The notes under the pieces were generated by a model, which did no database searches, had not been told where the DNA came from, and was given only the letters and a program-made list of their open reading frames with translations. Below are positions 28,053-37,201 of a stretch of DNA of 64,000 bases, piece by piece. Origin of the DNA: Dehalococcoidia bacterium (GTDB lineage: Bacteria; Chloroflexota; Dehalococcoidia; Lucifugimonadales; UBA3495); contig OZ242013.1 in the NCBI GenBank assembly GCA_965204805.1, positions 4,589,232 to 4,653,231 on the forward strand. The letters are read 5' to 3'. Position numbers and translations under genes: made by a program. Each line of letters opens with the position of its first letter. The first letter of the stretch is position 1.

Positions 28053-30422
28053 ATGACCCAGGAATTCAGCGATGGAGACCGTTATGACCTGGATGGCCGG
28101 GACCGTCTGTCCCGGCTCAGTGCGGCCAGCCTGCGCATCAGCGAGAGCCTGGACTTCGACACCGTGCTCCAAGAGGTGGTGGACAGCGCCCGTGTCCTGA
28201 CCGCCTCCCGCTACGGGGTGCTGACCACCCTGGACGGGTCGGGACGGCCCTTGGACTTCGTGACCTCCGGCCTGAGCGATGAGGAGCGACGGAGGCTGGA
28301 GGACTTCCTGCCCGAGGGCCTGCTGGTGTACCAGCACCTGAGCGCCCTGGACCGACCTCTGCGCCTCCAGGATTACCCCGCCGACATCGCTGCCCTGGGG
28401 CTGCCCGACTTTTCCCCGGTGCCCATCGGCCCCTTCCTGACGGTTCCCATCCGCCACGGGAGCCAGGGCGTGGGCAACATCTGCCCGGGGCGGGAGGAGG
28501 GCAGCCCGGAGTTCACCCGGGAGGACGAGGAGACCCTGGTGATGTTCGCCTCCCAGGCGGCCCTGGTCATCGCCAACGCCCGGCGGCACCGGGAGGAGCG
28601 GCGGGCCCGGGCAGACCTAGAGACTCTGGTGGAAACCTCGCCCGTGGGCGTGGTGGTCTTCGACGTGAGGGACCGCCGTCTGGCGTCCATGAACCGCGAG
28701 GCCAGGAGAATCCTGGCCGGCCTGTTGGAAGAGGGCGGGTCCTGGGAGCAGTTGCTGGGCACCCTGAGCTTCCGCCGGGGCGACGGGAGAGAGGTGTCCC
28801 TGGGGGACCTGACGGTCTACGAGGCCCTGGGCGCCGGGGAGACGGTGCGGGCCGAGGAGATCGCCATCGGGCTGCCCGGCGGGCGCAGCGTCACCGCCCT
28901 GGTCAACGCCACGCCTATCCGCTCGGAGGAGGGGGAGATCGAGTCCTTCGTGGTGACCCTGCAGGACCTGGCGCCCCTGGAGGAGATGGAACGTCTGCGG
29001 GCCGAGTTCCTGGGGATGGTGAGCCACGAGCTCCGCACGCCGTTGACCTCCATTCGGGGCTCGGCCAACACGTTGCTGGAGGAGGAGTCATCCCTCGACC
29101 CGGTGGAAATGCGTCAGTTCCATCGCATCATCATGGAGCAGTCCGAGCACATGCGGGGCCTGATCAACAACCTGCTGGACGTGGCCCGCATCGAGACGGG
29201 CGCGTTGTCGGTATCCCCGGAGCCTTCGGAGGTGTCATCCCTGGTGGAGGAGGCCCGCAACACCTTCCACAGGACCGGCGGCAGACACAACCTGGACATC
29301 GATCTGGCGCCGGACCTGCCCCTAGTGCTGGCGGACCGGCGGCGGGTGGCCCAGGTGCTGAACAATCTGCTCTCCAACGCGGCCCGGCACTCGGGAGAGC
29401 CGTCCTCCATCGCCGTGAGCGTCCGCAGGCAGGGTCTGCACGTGGCCCTTTCGGTGTCGGACCGGGGCCGGGGCATCTCGGCCGAGCAGTTGCCCCACCT
29501 GTTCCGCAAGTACGCTCGCCCGTACGGCGAGACGGGCGGCCGGGACCCGGGGGCGACGGGCCTGGGGCTGGCCATCTGCAAGGGTATAGTAGAGGCTCAT
29601 GGGGGCCGCATCTGGGCCGAGAGCGAGGGGCCGGACCTGGGCGCGCGCTTCACCTTCACCCTTCCGGCGTTGGAGGAGGGGTCCGGCGCCACCGCCGGAA
29701 CCCGTTCTCGTTCCCGCCGGTCGGGACGGGGCCGGACCCGGGTCCTGGCGGTGGATGACGACCCCCTGGCACTGCGCTACATCCGGGACGTGCTCTCCCG
29801 GGCAGGCTACCATCCGGTGGTGACCCCCAACCCGGACGACGTGCTCCGGCTGCTTGAGGAGGAGCGGCCCCAGCTGGCGCTGCTGGACCTGGTCTTGCCG
29901 GAGGGCGACGGCATTGAACTGATGCAGCGCATCCTGGCCACCACCGACGTGCCGGTGATCTTCGTCTCCGCCTACGGTCAGGAGGAGAACGTCACCAGGG
30001 CGTTGGACATGGGGGCCGTGGACTATGTGACCAAGCCCTTCTCAGCCTCGGAGTTGACGGCCCGCATCCGGGCCGCCCTCCGGCAGCGGGCCGGGGTCAT
30101 ACCAACGGCACAACCCCCGCCCTACGCGCTGGGGGACCTGGCCATCGACTACGCCCAGCGGCGGGTGACCTTGGCCGGTGTGCCGCTGGAGCTGACTCCC
30201 ACGGAGTACGGGGTGCTCTACGAGCTGTCGGCCCACGCCGGAACGGTGCTGACCCACCAGCAGTTGCTGGTGAGGGTCTGGGGCGCGGGCCGCTCCGGGG
30301 ATTCGGGGCTGGTGCGCACCATCGTCAGGAGGCTGCGGGCCAGGCTGGGCGACGACGCCGACGAGCCGAAGTACATCTTCACAGAGCCCCGGGTCGGCTA
30401 CCAGATGCCCGTGGGGGGATAG
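28053..30422 (+). CDS. Hybrid sensor histidine kinase / OmpR-family response regulator (GAF-PAS-HisKA-HATPase-REC-winged helix in one polypeptide)
   Basis: The ORF track gives 28032-30422; ATG 28053 with the GGAGG RBS is preferred. H-box MVSHELRTPLTSIRG. N/G boxes LLSNAARHS, DRGRGI, GLGLAICKGIVEAHGG. REC: RVLAVDDDPLALRYI...LLDLVLPEGDGIELM...KPF. OmpR/PhoB-type trans_reg_C: LTPTEYGVLYELSAHAGTVLTHQQLLVRVWG....LVRTIVRRLRARLGDD...PKYIFTEPRVGYQM. Confidence 0.9.
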   Translation: MTQEFSDGDRYDLDGRDRLSRLSAASLRISESLDFDTVLQEVVDSARVLTASRYGVLTTLDGSGRPLDFVTSGLSDEERRRLEDFLPEGLLVYQHLSALDRPLRLQDYPADIAALGLPDFSPVPIGPFLTVPIRHGSQGVGNICPGREEGSPEFTREDEETLVMFASQAALVIANARRHREERRARADLETLVETSPVGVVVFDVRDRRLASMNREARRILAGLLEEGGSWEQLLGTLSFRRGDGREVSLGDLTVYEALGAGETVRAEEIAIGLPGGRSVTALVNATPIRSEEGEIESFVVTLQDLAPLEEMERLRAEFLGMVSHELRTPLTSIRGSANTLLEEESSLDPVEMRQFHRIIMEQSEHMRGLINNLLDVARIETGALSVSPEPSEVSSLVEEARNTFHRTGGRHNLDIDLAPDLPLVLADRRRVAQVLNNLLSNAARHSGEPSSIAVSVRRQGLHVALSVSDRGRGISAEQLPHLFRKYARPYGETGGRDPGATGLGLAICKGIVEAHGGRIWAESEGPDLGARFTFTLPALEEGSGATAGTRSRSRRSGRGRTRVLAVDDDPLALRYIRDVLSRAGYHPVVTPNPDDVLRLLEEERPQLALLDLVLPEGDGIELMQRILATTDVPVIFVSAYGQEENVTRALDMGAVDYVTKPFSASELTARIRAALRQRAGVIPTAQPPPYALGDLAIDYAQRRVTLAGVPLELTPTEYGVLYELSAHAGTVLTHQQLLVRVWGAGRSGDSGLVRTIVRRLRARLGDDADEPKYIFTEPRVGYQMPVGG

Positions 30423-30450
30423 TCGCAGATGAAGTGTACGCACTGATTCA

Positions 30451-31389
30451 TCACCACGCGTTCAGCCTTGACAGCTGATCAATGTCGTCCACTATGGTGG
30501 GATCGGTCAAAACGGAGGTCATGACGCCACGCTCCCTTATCCCCTTCGCTACATCCAACGCGCGCTCAATAGTTTCTACGATCGTTCTGGCCTTAAACAC
30601 TATGCCCAAGTCCACCATTTGGTTCACCCAGGCATAGGAAGACGAACTCGCGTCGAGCAGTATTTGGCCGGCCTGTGACACTTCCATTTCCGACGTATAG
30701 ACTGACGCGAGTATTCCCAAGAAGGTGGCGTCGTATCTCGTAGTGTATTCGCGACTCCGATTGGCCCGCATAGTGTTATGCAGGATTACTACAGGACTCC
30801 CGCTGCTGCCGGGGAATACCGAACCATCAATCAGGAAGACGGGGAGCCCTCGGTAGTCTACATTTGGATGCGTCGCAGTGATGCCCTTTCTGATTATGGG
30901 AAGGTTATTGGCGGTGTCGTGAAATTGGTGGGGATACCCGACAAACACAATATCCTCTACAGCGTTCAAACTTTCGGGATCCTCAAGAGGCATTATCGAA
31001 GAGGAAAAGGCTTTGATAAAGGGATGATAACCAGGAACACTAAAGAGATCCTTGAATACTGGGATGACCGCCACATCAACATCGTCTTGGGGATGCCCGT
31101 ACCACCGGCTCTTGAGTTCTACACGAGCAAAATCTCCTACGATGGGTTCATCCGGGCCGACTACTCCGGGGGACTCCACAAAACTTGCCTTGGAACGCGT
31201 GAAGGTTATCTCGCATTGCCTCGAACCCTCTATCACGTGTTTGTTCGTAACCAGAAACAGTGTGGGCCCCTCTTCATGCCCCTCCGCTTCGTGAGTAACA
31301 AAGAATCCCGTCCCAGAACGCGCTGTGTCGGTGGTGATCATCGTGGTCGTAAACAGCAACCTTTCTTCCAGTGTATCTACCTTCATCAT
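30451..31389 (-). CDS. Cytoplasmic trypsin-like (S1/S1C-type) serine protease domain protein
   Basis: 312 aa with no signal peptide. Triad context: TNKHVIEG (His), DDVDVAVIPV (Asp), GSSGSPVV (Ser). G+C is visibly lower than the flanks. Convergent with the kinase gene. Confidence 0.75.
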   Translation of the reverse strand: MMKVDTLEERLLFTTTMITTDTARSGTGFFVTHEAEGHEEGPTLFLVTNKHVIEGSRQCEITFTRSKASFVESPGVVGPDEPIVGDFARVELKSRWYGHPQDDVDVAVIPVFKDLFSVPGYHPFIKAFSSSIMPLEDPESLNAVEDIVFVGYPHQFHDTANNLPIIRKGITATHPNVDYRGLPVFLIDGSVFPGSSGSPVVILHNTMRANRSREYTTRYDATFLGILASVYTSEMEVSQAGQILLDASSSSYAWVNQMVDLGIVFKARTIVETIERALDVAKGIRERGVMTSVLTDPTIVDDIDQLSRLNAW

Positions 31390-31550
31390 CTACTCCTCGG
31401 TTGCGGGTGTAAAAAGCAAGTATCGGCAATTGGGAGACTAAACAGCTAGGGAGGGTCAAGACTCATGCTGGAGGCCAAAAGCTGACCCCAGCAGCATTGC
31501 GAGTCTCGCTTTGAGGTGGAACCCATTATTTGGACCTCTCCCCGTTGGCG

Positions 31551-34466
31551 TTAGATTACTGGCTCGGCAACCTTTGGGCGCGCCTTCTCACCCTGTACCG
31601 AAGGCTCGGCGCACCATTTGGCAGACAACCTCCGAACTCCCTCGTACACATCATCGTCGAAGCCCAAGAGTTCACAGAGCACTCGCCGGTCCAGAAGAGC
31701 CCGGCTTGGGTCAACGTCCGCGACGAAGGCCGGCTTCAACTCCATGTCCCTGAGTTCGTTGAAAATGGCCTCGGAGGTGCGCAATTGCTCCTCCCTTAGT
31801 GCATCGAGGTCCAGGACGGGCAGAAATTCAACGTTTCGGATAGTGGTGGTGCCTCGGCCACTGTGCTGCCGGTTCGACTGCCACCAATACAGCAGCAGGC
31901 CGAGCGTAGAGTTGGACCACAGTGTGAACGCGAAATCGCACCGGTGGTCTGGAAACCTAATGTTGGGCCACGCCCTGCCGCCCATGCTCTCCCGCTCGGT
32001 GAACGCCACGGTCAACGGCTGAGAGTTGAACCTGAAGTCGAGGTTGATGTGAGTTCGGCTGGCCGTAGCCCAAGCAGAGGCGGCTTTCCCCTCCATCCCC
32101 GGCCTAACTCGGAGTTGGGAGTCCGGCTGGCAAGCCATCCGGGTTTCGTTCTTCGCATCGTGGTTCCACAGCGACGGATAGGTGGCTGTCGGGCTTGGAT
32201 CGATCTTGTCGAAAGCGCCGCGAGGCTGAGGGCCCGTAATATCACGATGGACCATGCCGAGTTTGGCCAGCTCGTTCAAAGGAGCCACTTTCAGATCCAA
32301 CGCCGAGGGGCGTCCTGGAAGCCACAGCCTGGATTGGGCCAATGCGAAAGCAGTCTGAGCCAGCGACAGGTCGGACAGGCGGACCGCGCACCATGATTCC
32401 CCGTCTGTCTGCACCGGGGCAGTCATGCTCTCTCCAGCGAGTTCGTCGCCGATCATCAAGGCTGTGCCCCCATAAGGCCCATCCTCGATGCATCTCGCAT
32501 GTTCGGGACCGGAGACATTCATCGCCAGTGCACCGGCGTGGGCAAAGCTACCGGCGCGGCGGCCCAGGGATACGAAGTGCCCCCGCCCTGGGGTTGCCTC
32601 AGCCTGCCTGACCTTGCGGGCTATGACCAGGCACTCGGCCATGCCCGTATCGGCTGAGAACGAAAGCTGGTCGTTGTCCGAACCCGCGATGCTCAGCACG
32701 GTGAGGTCGGTATAGTTCTCCGCCAGCGTCTCCCGGAAACCCTGCCAGGACAGGCCCGCGGCTGCCGACAGGGGCAAGACCAGAGCAAGGACTCCACCAG
32801 GCTTGAGCTTCCTGTGGGCCAGCGCAGCGAATGCCGAGGCGATTCGGGCATTGCCGTGATAGCAGGAGTCCTTCCCCAACTGGTTGATCCGGTCTCCCAT
32901 TTCCGTTTGGTCTGCGGGCGTGGCGTCAAAGGCGGCGAAGGCGGGGTTGGTGATATCCGCATGGGCGCCCTCATGGTTGGTTGCCCTGGTGAAGGGCGGG
33001 TTCATTATTATCAGGTCAAAGTTCGCATCCGGGATGTCCACGTGAATCTGGGCGGCAGTCTCCTCGCCCACGCTGCCGGTGCGCCGGGCCGGATCGCTGG
33101 TGTTGAACAGGGTCAAGGCTGTGGAGGCTTGCAGCAACTCCAGGGAACCTATCTTTACCGTGCCGTCCTTCTGCTTTCCATAGGGCATGGTGTAGAGGCG
33201 GGACTGGTTGAATCCCACGTTGGGTCGCATACCTGACAGTGTGGAGCCGGTAATGTGGATCGCCGATGGCATGACGTCGCAGCCGTACAGGACCTCCTCC
33301 ATCATCACCGGATGCAGGGCTGTGGAATCGCCACCGGCGCGCTCGTGGCGGGAAGCAACCTGCTCGTACACCGCCGACAGCAGGGTGCCTGTGCCGCAGG
33401 CGAAATCCCCTATGCGCAACCTGCCTATGGCCTGGGAATCCGCCCAGTCCAGGCCCTCCATCTTTGCAACGGCGAGCCGGGCCAACAACGCCGCCGAGGA
33501 TGGCAGCGTGTAGAAGGTCGCCAGATACTTGCGGTCGGCGATAAGCCGTTGAAAGATGCGGCCCGTCAGGTCGTGGGCGTTGTCGACTCCGGTGGCCTCC
33601 ACTTCCTGGGCGGTATCCAACAAATCCCGCAACATGCTGGTGGCAGCGTCTCCGGGAAGCTGCTCCAGGATGTCCTTGGCGATGGCAAAGATTGGCCAGT
33701 AGTTGATCTTCAGGATACCTTCCCAGGCTGCCAAGGTCTCGCCCTGGGGATTTGCCACGTTGGGACCGCACACCAAGCGCAGGGGTTTCACCTCCTGGTG
33801 CATCCCCGCGATACGCTGGTGGAAGATCATGGCGTTGGCGATGATGGCGCAGGCCATGCGGCGTGTCTGGGGAACATCGCTCATTCCCAGCAACCGGGCG
33901 ATGACAGGGGTGACGCTGGGGCGCAGCCTGGCCATCTCATCCAGTTGGTTGGCAGCCTGACCGATGCCCTGCTCAAGCGTGTCAGCCGCCTGCTCCACTG
34001 CCCTTTGTGGGACGGACACCAGGCGCGCCAAATCGGCCAGATCGCTCACCGAACCGTCCAGCCACCCCAATTCGGGAAACCGGCTGCCGTCTTGATGAAG
34101 GACGCAGTAGGTCAGGCGTGTATCGGCCAGAGTCAAGCGCAGTTCATAGGCATCCTCCACACTCCTGGGATAACGCAGGGCAATGGCAGCCTCGACGGTG
34201 CGCGGGGCATCTCTTACGCGCAGCCCTAGACGCTCAGAGGCATCCTCCTCCACTTTGACGGCCGGCTCATACTCAGCCTCGACAACCACCGGGGAGCGGC
34301 CCGGCGCGGCGATCAGCACGTCGGCATGGCGGCCCGGATGGTCGATGAAGGTCTGGGTGTTCTCGGAGCGGACCTCACAGCCCGGCATCATGCCCCGCAG
34401 GATGTCGCCCAGGACGTTGTTGGTGTTCGGTTCTGTCTGTCGCGGCATTCTACCTACCCAGTCCAC
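31551..34466 (-). CDS. Large (971 aa) N6-adenine DNA methyltransferase, type IIG / BREX-PglX-like size class
   Basis: SAM motif I DFACGTGTLL. Motif IV IIMNPPFTRA (NPPF, gamma-class N6-MTase). A long C-terminal region is compatible with a target-recognition domain. The N-terminal ~110 aa contain HADVLIAAPGRSPVVVEAEYEP, a possible degenerate PD-(D/E)xK-like element (uncertain). Confidence 0.75.
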   Translation of the reverse strand: MDWVGRMPRQTEPNTNNVLGDILRGMMPGCEVRSENTQTFIDHPGRHADVLIAAPGRSPVVVEAEYEPAVKVEEDASERLGLRVRDAPRTVEAAIALRYPRSVEDAYELRLTLADTRLTYCVLHQDGSRFPELGWLDGSVSDLADLARLVSVPQRAVEQAADTLEQGIGQAANQLDEMARLRPSVTPVIARLLGMSDVPQTRRMACAIIANAMIFHQRIAGMHQEVKPLRLVCGPNVANPQGETLAAWEGILKINYWPIFAIAKDILEQLPGDAATSMLRDLLDTAQEVEATGVDNAHDLTGRIFQRLIADRKYLATFYTLPSSAALLARLAVAKMEGLDWADSQAIGRLRIGDFACGTGTLLSAVYEQVASRHERAGGDSTALHPVMMEEVLYGCDVMPSAIHITGSTLSGMRPNVGFNQSRLYTMPYGKQKDGTVKIGSLELLQASTALTLFNTSDPARRTGSVGEETAAQIHVDIPDANFDLIIMNPPFTRATNHEGAHADITNPAFAAFDATPADQTEMGDRINQLGKDSCYHGNARIASAFAALAHRKLKPGGVLALVLPLSAAAGLSWQGFRETLAENYTDLTVLSIAGSDNDQLSFSADTGMAECLVIARKVRQAEATPGRGHFVSLGRRAGSFAHAGALAMNVSGPEHARCIEDGPYGGTALMIGDELAGESMTAPVQTDGESWCAVRLSDLSLAQTAFALAQSRLWLPGRPSALDLKVAPLNELAKLGMVHRDITGPQPRGAFDKIDPSPTATYPSLWNHDAKNETRMACQPDSQLRVRPGMEGKAASAWATASRTHINLDFRFNSQPLTVAFTERESMGGRAWPNIRFPDHRCDFAFTLWSNSTLGLLLYWWQSNRQHSGRGTTTIRNVEFLPVLDLDALREEQLRTSEAIFNELRDMELKPAFVADVDPSRALLDRRVLCELLGFDDDVYEGVRRLSAKWCAEPSVQGEKARPKVAEPVI

Positions 34467-34548
34467 CCGCTCCTACCGGATGGATGGCTCACAACCCCAC
34501 TCGACCGGCAAGGTCTTCGATACGACTGCGGAGGGTGTTGCCCCGCTC

Positions 34549-36285
34549 CTAAATGAACTCCTCGAAGTCGCTTGGTGTAAACGGGTTCTTCATCAGGATG
34601 TCAAAGGCGCGGGTGGAGATGAAGTGCGAGTCCAGTATCCTCATCACCTCATCCTTTCCACTGGTGGCGATGAGTTCCGGCAGGTACTCGTTGGGAAGAC
34701 GGTCCCTGATGACCTCGCGGTTGGTTTCACTGGTCAGGGGTGTCCGGTTTAGTATGGTGTCGATAGAGGTGTTCAGCGCATATTCGCTTCCGAGGCTCTT
34801 CGGGACGATGTGATGGTCATCAAGGTCGTCGTGCTGGGGAGCGTTTCCAGATATCCAGTCGCGAGCGCCATTGAGGACCAACAGGTTGAATATCCCGTTG
34901 TAAACGGACGTGCCTCGCCTCGCCTCACGCCTGAGATCGAGATTCCCAATGTCTCTATTAAACTCCGCAATCAACCCGGGTTGGGCGTTGTCATCGGTGT
35001 ACCAAGTCTTGATTTCCCTGTAGTCCTGCGCCGCTGTGGATTCAACTGCTCCCGAATAGCGGTTGGTGAAGATGCTGGCCCAATACCAGAGACGCACCTT
35101 CTTCTGAGCATCGAGCCTCTGTTCGGGGGGAAGCCGACCCGCTTCGACCTGAAGGGCAGCGAAGGCTGGCAGAATCGCCGCGTAGGGCAGGTATTGAGAA
35201 GATATTGCGCCAAATTCCTGTGGGTGGCGCAGTAAATTCAGCGCCTTTTCCAGAGCATCCACCGCTTCAAACCAGAGATTCTTGAATTCGTCAGAGTCGT
35301 CAACAACCACGTCCGGCTGAAGCGTGCCGTCCGGCCCGCGTACCTGCCTTCGGCTACCGGGAATCAGGTTGTATAAATACTTCGGGGAACAGTACGCCTG
35401 GCGAAGTATGGACATCACCTGAAGCACATACACGTTCATCCGCCCTGCCTCGGCAAACTCCAGGCGAGGAGACGCTTCTCTCCACAGATCCTGCCTGAGT
35501 CGAATTTCCTTTGGCCTCAAGAGGGCGTTGAGGAGGTCGAAGATATCGAGCCTGACGCCCCGGCTGTTGATCTGCGTGAAGATATCGCAGACCTTGTCGA
35601 GTTCGAGGTCTCGGTCCAATTCGACATAGGAAATCTGGTACTGCTCAGTGATATCCTTCAGGTACTCGCCAAACCTCTTGGCGTTCTCCGCATGGAATGC
35701 GGCAGATTCAGCCTCTGTTCCTTCGAGTGTCTCCGCCGCTTCATGCCAGTGCTTCTCATAACCCTGTACCCAGTTTGGCAGTTCCCAGCCCCCTGCTCCG
35801 ACTACAGAAAGCGGGAAGATGTGCTCCTTGAACTGGCAGGTCCGATCACTCAGCAGATTCAGCCCCCGGCGAGTCCAGTCATATATGAAGGCGTCATCGT
35901 ATGCCTCGTCCATGAAGCGGTCGACCTTGATGAAGTAAAGGAATCGATTGCGGCGGCTGGGCGCGGGCTTGTCGGGTGCCATGAAAGCGTAATACATGGC
36001 CGTGAGACGCTGCTGGCCGTCCAATACGATGTCGGTTCGGCCATCGGCACCCTCAAAGCCGTAGATGGCCTCACAGGAGAGTGACTCAAAGTTCTCGTCC
36101 TTGCCCTTCCAAAGAAGAAGGCTACCGATGTAGTAGTCGCGGAATATGGAACTCATCAACTCTTTGATGTCCCACGGCTGCCACTCAAAGTCACGCTGGA
36201 AATCGGGTATCACGTAGCGGCCCTCACGCAAGCGGCTAACCATGTTGGCGAGGCTCACGTGGTCCGGCTTCTGGGAGTCCTTCAT
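34549..36285 (-). CDS. GmrSD-family type IV restriction enzyme-like protein (DUF262 + DUF1524/His-Me finger)
   Basis: N-terminal IPDFQRDFEWQ and LDGQQRLT are DUF262/ParB-like NTPase signatures. C-terminal LDDHHIVPKS....N.....LNRTPLT..TN is a DUF1524 HNH-like nuclease signature. The start overlaps the vapC stop by 4 nt. Confidence 0.8.
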   Translation of the reverse strand: MKDSQKPDHVSLANMVSRLREGRYVIPDFQRDFEWQPWDIKELMSSIFRDYYIGSLLLWKGKDENFESLSCEAIYGFEGADGRTDIVLDGQQRLTAMYYAFMAPDKPAPSRRNRFLYFIKVDRFMDEAYDDAFIYDWTRRGLNLLSDRTCQFKEHIFPLSVVGAGGWELPNWVQGYEKHWHEAAETLEGTEAESAAFHAENAKRFGEYLKDITEQYQISYVELDRDLELDKVCDIFTQINSRGVRLDIFDLLNALLRPKEIRLRQDLWREASPRLEFAEAGRMNVYVLQVMSILRQAYCSPKYLYNLIPGSRRQVRGPDGTLQPDVVVDDSDEFKNLWFEAVDALEKALNLLRHPQEFGAISSQYLPYAAILPAFAALQVEAGRLPPEQRLDAQKKVRLWYWASIFTNRYSGAVESTAAQDYREIKTWYTDDNAQPGLIAEFNRDIGNLDLRREARRGTSVYNGIFNLLVLNGARDWISGNAPQHDDLDDHHIVPKSLGSEYALNTSIDTILNRTPLTSETNREVIRDRLPNEYLPELIATSGKDEVMRILDSHFISTRAFDILMKNPFTPSDFEEFI

Positions 36286-36698
36286 TGGGTCGCACCTCCT
36301 GGGTTTCCCACCAAGATTGCTCCTTCCATGCGGGCTAACCTGCGGTCAAAAGTATGAAGAGGCGTAGCTCCCGCCCGTTCGGTCGCCTTGAGGATCATCA
36401 GGTCTGAGAATCCAACGCCCCCCTGGCGAAAGCGATGTGCGGCGGCAGCAACGTCATCGGAATTCTCCACGACCAGACTGTCCGTAGCGGTCAGGTCCAT
36501 CAATGCCTCAGCAATCTGGCTGCGGGTGAAGCGGTAGCTCCGCTCCAGTACCCAGGCAACCTCAATCACAACCTCACGGCAGATGAATCCGGGGGCGCTT
36601 GGCGTCAACTCCTCCAGCAGCGCACGAGCGGCCTCCGCCTGTTCGGGGTCGTCTCCCACGAGGTAGCGCACGATCACGTTGGTATCGAGCGCAGTCAT
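36282..36698 (-). CDS. vapC: PIN-domain toxin VapC
   Basis: 138 aa. MTALDTNVIVRYLVGDD (first acidic PIN residue), later acidic residues and the ...DLMIL... motif. 4-nt overlap with the upstream antitoxin ORF. Confidence 0.8.
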   Translation of the reverse strand: MTALDTNVIVRYLVGDDPEQAEAARALLEELTPSAPGFICREVVIEVAWVLERSYRFTRSQIAEALMDLTATDSLVVENSDDVAAAAHRFRQGGVGFSDLMILKATERAGATPLHTFDRRLARMEGAILVGNPGGATQ

Positions 36699-36928
36699 TC
36701 CTCGACGGCCCCCTCTGCGATGGCACGGTCCATGTCTTCCAGGCTCACGGCTGGGCCGTCATACTTCAGGCTGCCGAATAGGCGCCTGGTGGGTCGCACA
36801 GGCATCATAAGCACTCCCTCGTCAAGTATGACGTAGCGCACCTTGTCCCCGGCCTTGACTGCCAGCGAATCCCTCACGGCTTTGGGCAACGTGGTCTGGC
36901 CCTTAACAGTTATACTTGACTCAAACAT
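36695..36928 (-). CDS. vapB: AbrB/SpoVT/MazE-fold antitoxin VapB
   Basis: MFESSITVKGQTTLPKAVRDSLAVKAGDKVRYVILDEGVL is a swapped-hairpin AbrB-type motif. I prefer the internal ATG at 36928 over the ORF-track start at 36952. Confidence 0.75.
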   Translation of the reverse strand: MFESSITVKGQTTLPKAVRDSLAVKAGDKVRYVILDEGVLMMPVRPTRRLFGSLKYDGPAVSLEDMDRAIAEGAVEE

Positions 36929-37201
36929 GGAAAATGCTCCTGTGCACCTCAAGTGAACTATTTGCCTTACATTATCGGATAAAGCAATGCCATTCGCAAT
37001 GCTGCAAGTCGATATGGACTTCCGCAGTTGGCGTTGAGCGTAGTTATCCCATACATAAAACGCTTCTCAATAATTGTCGCCACTGCCTGATAACGGTTTC
37101 CCGGGCAACCCGGACACGATTGCACAAGTTTTCAGTTTGGAATCGAGCAAGCGCGGAGTACGGGGTCGAGAGGTGGAGCAATCATCAAGGACGAAGCATA
37201 A

